A stretch of DNA of 64,000 nt, taken from contig CAYSFB010000003.1 of the NCBI GenBank assembly GCA_964430735.1, positions 194,039 to 258,038 on the forward strand, in the 5' to 3' direction. This document shows positions 58,274 through 64,000 of this stretch, in pieces. Numbering within the stretch: position 1 is the stretch's first letter; every line of letters begins with the position of its first letter. This DNA is from an uncultured Planctomycetia bacterium (GTDB taxonomy: Bacteria > Omnitrophota > Gorgyraeia > 2-02-FULL-51-18 > JAGOUK01). The translations under genes were made by a program, and so were the position numbers. The notes below the pieces were generated by a model. It was given only the letters and a program-made list of their open reading frames with translations, did not search any database and was not told the origin of the DNA.

Positions 58274-59479
58274 TCAGAGCTTGGCGACCCACTCGCGGAT
58301 CCTGCGCATCCCCTCGTCGATGTCCGCGACGGACGCCGCAAAACTCAAACGCACGCTGTCCGGCGCGCCGAAGCTCTCCCCCGGGATCGTCGCGACGTAC
58401 TGTTCTTCGAGCAGGCGCTGACAGAACTGAGCGGGCTTCATGCCGGTTTTTTTGACCGACAGAAAAAGGTAAAAAGCACCCTCCGGAACAAAAGGCTCAA
58501 GTTGAGGAATCTGCTTCGCAAGATTCACGATCCGGTCGCGCTTGGCTTCAAACTGGGAACGCAGATTCGTGACGTAGTCGCTGCCGAAGGCCAGCGCCGC
58601 GATCGCGCCCTTTTGGGACAGCGTCACGGGGTTGGAGGTGGAATGGTCCTGCAGCTTGCCCATCGCCTTGGCCAGCGCGAGGCTCGTCGCGGAGTAACCG
58701 ATGCGGAGCCCCGTCATCGCGTAACTCTTGGAAACGCCGTTCACGATCGCGACGTGGTTCTCCCAGCCCTTGCCGATGAGCTGGGCCACCGAGACGTGTT
58801 CACGGCCGTCGTACACGTAGTATTCATAAATTTCGTCCGATATGGCGTAAAGATTCCTGCGCACCAGCAGGTCCGCGATCGCCTGCAGTTCCTGGCGGGA
58901 CAGGACGGCGCCGGTCGGATTCGAAGGGCTGTTGAGGATGACGAGCTTGGTGCGCGGCGTGATGGCGCGTTCGATAAGATCGGCCGTCAGGTGGTATCCG
59001 TTCTGCGACGTTTCGACGAGAACGGGATTGCCGCCGGCGAGCCACACCATTTCGGGGTAACTCACCCAGAACGGGTTCGGGATGAGGACGTCGTCACCGG
59101 GATTCACCAGCGCCTGGATCAGATTGAAGAGCGAGTGCTTCGCCCCACAGGAAATGACGACCTGGTTGGGATCAACGGTGAGGCCCTGATCGCGCAGAAG
59201 CTTCTGCGCGACGGCGGCCTTGATGTCGGGAGTGCCGGAGGTGGCGGTGTAGCGCGTGAAGCCCTGTTCCAGGGCCTGCGTCATCGCCTTGCGGATGGGT
59301 TCGGGAGTGGCGAAGTCGGGCTCGCCGGCCGCTAGGCTGATCACCGGCTTGCCTTGAGCCTTGAGCTCATTGGCTTTTGCGGTGATGGCGAGCGTCGCGG
59401 ACGGATGGATGAGATCCATCCGCGCGCTCGTCTTGACTTCAGCCGGCTTCAAGGTGCTCACGCGACCCTCCGCCGACAA
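58274..59479 (-). CDS. aspartate/aromatic aminotransferase (class I PLP aminotransferase)
   Basis: It has the PLP-lysine region (SKSYAMTGLRIGY) and the AAT-like fold pattern. Confidence 0.8.
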   Translation of the reverse strand: MSAEGRVSTLKPAEVKTSARMDLIHPSATLAITAKANELKAQGKPVISLAAGEPDFATPEPIRKAMTQALEQGFTRYTATSGTPDIKAAVAQKLLRDQGLTVDPNQVVISCGAKHSLFNLIQALVNPGDDVLIPNPFWVSYPEMVWLAGGNPVLVETSQNGYHLTADLIERAITPRTKLVILNSPSNPTGAVLSRQELQAIADLLVRRNLYAISDEIYEYYVYDGREHVSVAQLIGKGWENHVAIVNGVSKSYAMTGLRIGYSATSLALAKAMGKLQDHSTSNPVTLSQKGAIAALAFGSDYVTNLRSQFEAKRDRIVNLAKQIPQLEPFVPEGAFYLFLSVKKTGMKPAQFCQRLLEEQYVATIPGESFGAPDSVRLSFAASVADIDEGMRRIREWVAKL

Positions 59480-59480
59480 G

Positions 59481-60047
59481 CTATTCCTGGCCCTTGCGCT
59501 TGAAGAATTTCTTCAGATCCTGGACGAAGTTCTTCTTTTTCTCGCCGGACTTTTCGCCATCCTCGCCGCCCTCGGGGGCTTCAGAGGATTCGCGAACCGC
59601 CTTCTTCGAATCGGAAGGAGCTTCGAGCGTTGCGACGGAAGACTTCTCGGCAGCGTCTTTCTTGGCCTTTGCCGGCTTCACGGGCGCCAGCTTCTTGTCG
59701 ACCAATTCCAGAATCGCCATCGGGGCGCCGTCGCCCTTGCGGAAATCCAGGTGCAGCACGCGCGTGTAACCGCCCTTGCGGTTCTTGAACAGCGGTGCGA
59801 GCTCGTTGAAGAGCTTGCCCACCAGCGTGCGGTCGCCGAGGATCTTGAAGGCTTCCCGACGGGAATGCACGGTGTCGGTTTTGCCGAGCGTGATCATCTG
59901 GTCGGCGAGGCCCTGGGCGGCCTTGGCCTTGACGTGCGTCGTGCGGATCCGCTGATGGATCAACAGGTTCTTGACGAGCCCGTTGATGAGCGCGGAACGC
60001 TCGTTGTGATTGCGTTGTAATTTACGGCGGTGTTTACGATGTCTCAC
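59481..60047 (-). CDS. rplQ: 50S ribosomal protein L17 with KA-rich C-terminal extension
   Basis: bL17 core MRHRKHRRKLQRNHNERSALINGL... Confidence 0.9.
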   Translation of the reverse strand: MRHRKHRRKLQRNHNERSALINGLVKNLLIHQRIRTTHVKAKAAQGLADQMITLGKTDTVHSRREAFKILGDRTLVGKLFNELAPLFKNRKGGYTRVLHLDFRKGDGAPMAILELVDKKLAPVKPAKAKKDAAEKSSVATLEAPSDSKKAVRESSEAPEGGEDGEKSGEKKKNFVQDLKKFFKRKGQE

Positions 60048-61052
60048 TTAAGCCTGCTCCGCAAGAGTTTTAAGGCGCTTCGGGTCGAGCTGCATCCCGA
60101 AATGAAGGCCCATGGTTTTGAGAATGTCCGAAATTTCGTTCAGGGATTTCTTCCCGAAGTTCCGGTACTTCAGCATTTCGGCTTCCGAGCGCGAAACGAG
60201 TTCGCCGATCGTCTTGATGCGGGCTTCGCTGAGGCAGTTCGCGCTGCGAACGCTGAGCTCAAGCTCCGCGACCGGCTGGGAGAGCTTGTGGTAGAACGCG
60301 TCTTCCGAGCCGCTCTCGCCGCCGAGGAATTCCGATTCCCCTTCGGGCAGCTGGCCCATGTTGACGAACACGTTGATGTGCTGCTGAAGGATGTTCGCGG
60401 CGTACAGCATCGCGTCTTTGGGGCCGATGCTGCCGTTCGTCCAGACTTCGAGCATCAGGCGGTCGTAGTCGGTGATCTGTCCGACGCGGGTGTCTTCGAC
60501 GTGGTACGCGACGCGCTTCACGGGCGAGAAGATCGAATCGATGGGAATCGTTCCGATCGGCTGATCCGCGCGCTTGTTCTGCTCCGCGATCACGAATCCG
60601 CGGCCGCGGGTGACTTCGAACTCCGCCTTGAACTCGACGTTCTTGGTCAGGGTCGCGATGTGAAGGTCCGGGTTCACGACTTCGATCGTGTCGTCCGTGA
60701 CGATATCCCGGGCGGTGACGTCGCCCTTCTTCGTGACGTGGATCGTCAGGGTCTTGTTCGCGCGGGTGTGCGAGCGAAGGACCAGCTGCTTCACGTTCAG
60801 GATGATTTCCGAGAGGTCTTCCATGACGCCCGGGATGGTGGCGAACTCGTGGTCCGCACCTTCGATGCGGATGCTCGAAACAGCGGCGCCTTCCAGCGAG
60901 GAGAGCAGCACGCGGCGGAGCGAATTCCCGACCGTGACGCCGAATCCGCGTTCGAACGGCTCGGCGATGAATTTCCCGTACATGTCGGTGGCCGACGCGT
61001 CGTCCAGGACCACGCTTTTCGGCATTTCAAAAGAGCGTAAAACAACACCCAT
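60048..61052 (-). CDS. rpoA: DNA-directed RNA polymerase subunit alpha
   Basis: It has alpha NTD and CTD patterns. Its position in the alpha operon is conserved. Confidence 0.95.
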   Translation of the reverse strand: MGVVLRSFEMPKSVVLDDASATDMYGKFIAEPFERGFGVTVGNSLRRVLLSSLEGAAVSSIRIEGADHEFATIPGVMEDLSEIILNVKQLVLRSHTRANKTLTIHVTKKGDVTARDIVTDDTIEVVNPDLHIATLTKNVEFKAEFEVTRGRGFVIAEQNKRADQPIGTIPIDSIFSPVKRVAYHVEDTRVGQITDYDRLMLEVWTNGSIGPKDAMLYAANILQQHINVFVNMGQLPEGESEFLGGESGSEDAFYHKLSQPVAELELSVRSANCLSEARIKTIGELVSRSEAEMLKYRNFGKKSLNEISDILKTMGLHFGMQLDPKRLKTLAEQA

Positions 61053-61079
61053 GGGGAATGACCTCCTCTAATTGGTCGC

Positions 61080-61703
61080 TTATTTCGAGTACAATTCGAC
61101 GATGAGCTGCTCTTCGACGGGGAAATTGATGTCCGTCCGCACCGGCAGCCGCTTCACCTTGGCCGTCAGATCCTTGTCGTTGATCTGAATCCAGTCCTTG
61201 GCCGTCGTATCTTTGATCTCGTTCCAGGTTTCCTGAATCTTCTTCGCGCGTTCGGGCTTCACCTTCAGCTTGATCTCGTCGTCCTGATAAGCCAGGTAGC
61301 TCGGCACGTTGACGCGGCGGCCGTTCACAAAAACGGCGCCGTGGGCGACCATCTGCCGGGCCTGGGCGCGGGTGACCGCGAAACCGGAGCGGTAGACGAT
61401 GTTGTCCAGACGGCGTTCGAGCAGGCTGAGCAGCTCGGCGCCGGTGACGCCCTTGGTCTTGGAAGCGCGTTCGAAGTAATTGCGGAACTGGCGCTCCAGC
61501 ACCCCGTAAATCCGCTTCACCTTCTGCTTCTCACGAAGCTGAAGGCCGTAGTTCGAGGTCTTGCCGCGGGAGTTCTGCCCGTGCTGGCCAGGAGGAAAGT
61601 CGCGCGCGATGGTGCCGGAACGCTTCGAAAGCACGGAGTGCAGGAACAGGTCCATGCCCTCGCGGCGGGTCAGACGGTCTTTGGGGCCGAGTAAGCGTCC
61701 CAT
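61080..61703 (-). CDS. rpsD: 30S ribosomal protein S4
   Basis: uS4 pattern ([16 protein letters not shown]). Confidence 0.95.
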   Translation of the reverse strand: MGRLLGPKDRLTRREGMDLFLHSVLSKRSGTIARDFPPGQHGQNSRGKTSNYGLQLREKQKVKRIYGVLERQFRNYFERASKTKGVTGAELLSLLERRLDNIVYRSGFAVTRAQARQMVAHGAVFVNGRRVNVPSYLAYQDDEIKLKVKPERAKKIQETWNEIKDTTAKDWIQINDKDLTAKVKRLPVRTDINFPVEEQLIVELYSK

Positions 61704-62095
61704 TACACTCTCCTTCTCTTGGGCGGACGGCAGCCGTTGTGCGGGATCGGCGTCACGTCCTTGATCAAAGTGACTTGAAGCCCGGCCGCCGACAGCGCGC
61801 GGATCGCGGACTCACGGCCCGAACCGGGGCCCTTCACCAATACTTCGACGGTCTTCACGCCGTGCTCCATGGCCTTCTTGGCGGCCGCGTCGGACGCGAC
61901 CTGCGCGGCGAACGGAGTCGACTTTTTGGATCCCTTGAATCCCACCACGCCGCAGCTGGACCACGAGATCGTGTTGCCCTTCTTGTCGGTGATGGTGATC
62001 TGCGTGTTATTGAAGCTGGCGAAAATATGAACGACCGCTTCCGTAACCTGCTTGACGACTTTGCGTCTGGCTTTGAACTTCTTATTTTTGGCCAT
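61703..62095 (-). CDS. rpsK: 30S ribosomal protein S11
   Basis: uS11 pattern ([15 protein letters not shown]). Confidence 0.95.
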   Translation of the reverse strand: MAKNKKFKARRKVVKQVTEAVVHIFASFNNTQITITDKKGNTISWSSCGVVGFKGSKKSTPFAAQVASDAAAKKAMEHGVKTVEVLVKGPGSGRESAIRALSAAGLQVTLIKDVTPIPHNGCRPPKRRRV

Positions 62096-62104
62096 GATGT
62101 TCCT

Positions 62105-62479
62105 TTATTCCTCTTTCTTCTTGGCGCCGACGGTTTTCCGCGGGCCCTTGCGAGTGCGGGAGTTGGTGTTGGTCCGCTGACCGCGCACGGGGAGACCTTT
62201 CTTGTGGCGGGAACCGCGGTACGAGCCGATGTCCATGAGGCGCTTGATGTTCAGCGCGAGCTCACGGCGCAAGTTACCCTCGTGCTTCACTTCTTTGAGA
62301 ATGTAGGTCGAGATGCGCGACACTTCGTCCTCGGTGAGGCTCTTGGCCTTGACGCTGCCGTTCACGTTGACGTGCTTGAGGATCAGGCGCGCCATCGGGT
62401 GTCCGATGCCGTGGATGTAGGTCAACGCGACATCAATGCGCTTTTCCTTGGGAAGTTCGATACCAACAATACGCGGCAT
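62105..62479 (-). CDS. rpsM: 30S ribosomal protein S13
   Basis: uS13 pattern ([26 protein letters not shown]). Confidence 0.95.
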   Translation of the reverse strand: MPRIVGIELPKEKRIDVALTYIHGIGHPMARLILKHVNVNGSVKAKSLTEDEVSRISTYILKEVKHEGNLRRELALNIKRLMDIGSYRGSRHKKGLPVRGQRTNTNSRTRKGPRKTVGAKKKEE

Positions 62480-62482
62480 ACT

Positions 62483-62596
62483 CTATCCTTGTCTCTGTTT
62501 GTGCTTCGGGTTTTTACAGATCACATAGACGCGGCCTTTGCGGCGCGTAACCATGCAGTGTTCGCAGATTTTTTTAACGCTCGGACGTACTTTCAT
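62483..62596 (-). CDS. rpmJ: 50S ribosomal protein L36
   Basis: It is not in the ORF track (below the length cutoff). Manual translation of the minus strand gives [37 protein letters not shown] with the C..C..C..H zinc ribbon. Confidence 0.85.
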   Translation of the reverse strand: MKVRPSVKKICEHCMVTRRKGRVYVICKNPKHKQRQG

Positions 62597-62603
62597 GATT
62601 CAC

Positions 62604-62822
62604 CTATTTGGTACGGTAGATAATCCGGCCCCGCGACAGATCGTAGGGCGAGAGTTCCACGTTGACCGTGTCTCCCGGCAAAATGCGGATAAAATGCATC
62701 CTCATCTTGCCTGACACGTGGGCCAAAACTTTATGGCCGTTTTCGAGTTCAATCCGGAACATGGCGTTGGGCAATGCTTCCAACACCTTTCCTTCCACTA
62801 AAATTGCGTCTTCTTTAGGCAT
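62604..62822 (-). CDS. infA: translation initiation factor IF-1
   Basis: A 72-aa S1-like OB fold ([13 protein letters not shown]...). Confidence 0.95.
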   Translation of the reverse strand: MPKEDAILVEGKVLEALPNAMFRIELENGHKVLAHVSGKMRMHFIRILPGDTVNVELSPYDLSRGRIIYRTK

Positions 62823-63564
62823 CTTGCGTGATCAGTTCCGCGCCTGTTTCGGTCACAAGCACTGTATTTTCAAAATGCGCTGAGGGCTTCCCATCGGCCG
62901 TCACGACCGTCCACCCGTCTTTCAAAAGCTTTGTCTCGTGCGTGCCGGCATTGACCATCGGCTCGATCGCAAACGCCATACCGGGCTTGATCTCGGCGCC
63001 CTGGCCCGGCTTACCGTAGTTCGGAATCTGCGGCTCCTCGTGGAGCTGCGAACCGATCCCGTGTCCGACGTACTGCCGGACAATTCCGTACCCGTGCGGC
63101 TTGATCGCCTGCTCGACCGCGTGCGAAATATCCGAAATCCGATTGCCGGGCTTCACCGCGCGGATCCCGGCTTCAAGCGATTCGCGCGTTACCCGCATGA
63201 GCTTGAGCACGGCCGCGTCGACCTTGCCCACCGCGAACGTGCGCGCGGCATCCGCATAAAAACCGTCGACGATCGCGCCGACATCGACCCCGATCACGTC
63301 GCCTTCCTTGAGGACCCGTTTGCCGGGCATCCCGTGAACCACTTCGTCGTTCACCGAGGCGCAGATCGTTGCCGGAAACCCGTGGTATCCCTTGAAGGCC
63401 GGCATTCCCTTTTCGGAACGGATCAGGTTCTCGGCGAACCGGTCCAACTCCGCGGTCGTCACGCCCGGCTTCACCTGGGCTTCGACTTCCTTCAAAAACT
63501 TCGCCACAATTCTTCCGGCGCGGCGCATCCGGTCGAGCTCCGACTTGGACTTGATCGTAATCAT
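62815..63564 (-). CDS. map: type I methionine aminopeptidase
   Basis: M24A metal ligands are present. The start was trimmed to the ATG at 63564 ([20 protein letters not shown]), overlapping the adk stop. Confidence 0.9.
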   Translation of the reverse strand: MITIKSKSELDRMRRAGRIVAKFLKEVEAQVKPGVTTAELDRFAENLIRSEKGMPAFKGYHGFPATICASVNDEVVHGMPGKRVLKEGDVIGVDVGAIVDGFYADAARTFAVGKVDAAVLKLMRVTRESLEAGIRAVKPGNRISDISHAVEQAIKPHGYGIVRQYVGHGIGSQLHEEPQIPNYGKPGQGAEIKPGMAFAIEPMVNAGTHETKLLKDGWTVVTADGKPSAHFENTVLVTETGAELITQDA

Positions 63565-64000
63565 CGTCCGTCCGCCAGCAAGCCGCGAAAAATTTCTTCC
63601 AAATCCCGATGCGTTTCCCGGAACGACCGGTCGCAATCCACTTCGCTGATCAGCCCGGCCTTCCGGTAGTAATCGACCAGCGGCATCGTCTGACGCTCAT
63701 AAACTTCGAGCCGGTGCCGGACCGTCGCCGGCAAATCGTCCGGCCGCTGAACCACGGGTCCGCCGCAGCCGTCGCACACGCCCTGGACCCTCGTGGGCAG
63801 GTTCACCGTGTGATAAATCTTTCCGCATCCCGAGCAAACCCGGCGGCCTTCGATGCGCTGGATCGCCATCTCGTTCGACGTCCGCAGGTAAATCACCCGC
63901 CGGATCGAGCGCCCATTCTTTGCGAGCGCCGCGCCGAATGCTTCAGCCTGCTCCGGCGTCCGAGGAAATCCGTCCAGCAAAAAACCTTTTTTCGCGTCGG
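63561..64000 (-). CDS. adk: adenylate kinase (3' part; 5' end beyond window)
   Basis: It has the LDGFPRT motif and the Cys4 zinc lid (CSGCGKIY...CDGCGG). The ORF continues to the window edge. Confidence 0.85.
   Translation of the reverse strand, partial: DAKKGFLLDGFPRTPEQAEAFGAALAKNGRSIRRVIYLRTSNEMAIQRIEGRRVCSGCGKIYHTVNLPTRVQGVCDGCGGPVVQRPDDLPATVRHRLEVYERQTMPLVDYYRKAGLISEVDCDRSFRETHRDLEEIFRGLLADGR

Overview
This is a GC-rich, very compact bacterial chromosomal segment. About 80 genes are called, almost all on the minus strand, with frequent 1-4 nt stop/start overlaps (ATGA type). The right end (59.5-64 kb) is the conserved alpha-operon tail: adk (partial), map, infA, rpmJ, rpsM, rpsK, rpsD, rpoA, rplQ. 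It runs without a strand switch into metabolic genes: aspartate aminotransferase, icd-like, lipA, an lpxL-like acyltransferase, aroQ, pepP, efp, accBC, a PPi-type pfk, gmhA/rfaE2, thiE and a PfkB-family kinase. Other recognisable blocks are listed below.
- **SUF cluster:** a complete Rrf2-controlled Fe-S assembly cluster (sufBCDS, sufU, an Nfu/NifU-like scaffold, a ferredoxin).
- **Housekeeping genes:** typA, bolA, miaE, nadK, tilS, rpsU, an M16 peptidase, rmuC, a cNMP-binding patatin (NTE-like) protein, two PilZ proteins, two HIT proteins, aroB, a GAF-HD-GYP phosphodiesterase, and a divergent gshA/gshB pair.
- **Left operon:** a long translationally coupled operon spanning a GAF protein, a small secreted protein, a DUF151 nuclease, the ParA-CBM48 fusion, a UvrD-like helicase, an MFS transporter and ctaA/ctaB.
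- **RNA and mobile elements:** one tRNA-Gly(CCC) is present, with unusual repeat and hairpin architecture just past its 3' end. No rRNA, CRISPR array, transposase or integrase was recognised.

The most novel-looking item is a ParA/MinD-type ATPase fused to a C-terminal CBM48 (AMPK-beta glycogen-binding) domain. It is co-transcribed with a single-pass membrane protein and may be a glycogen-granule positioning system. Other candidates are AroB with an EF-Tu domain-2-like C-terminal barrel, an Arch_ATPase/DUF234-type ATPase coupled to GAF-HD-GYP beside the tRNA, and the structured inverted repeat abutting the tRNA 3' end. All calls rest on reading the supplied ORF translations and sequence by eye. 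No database searches were run.
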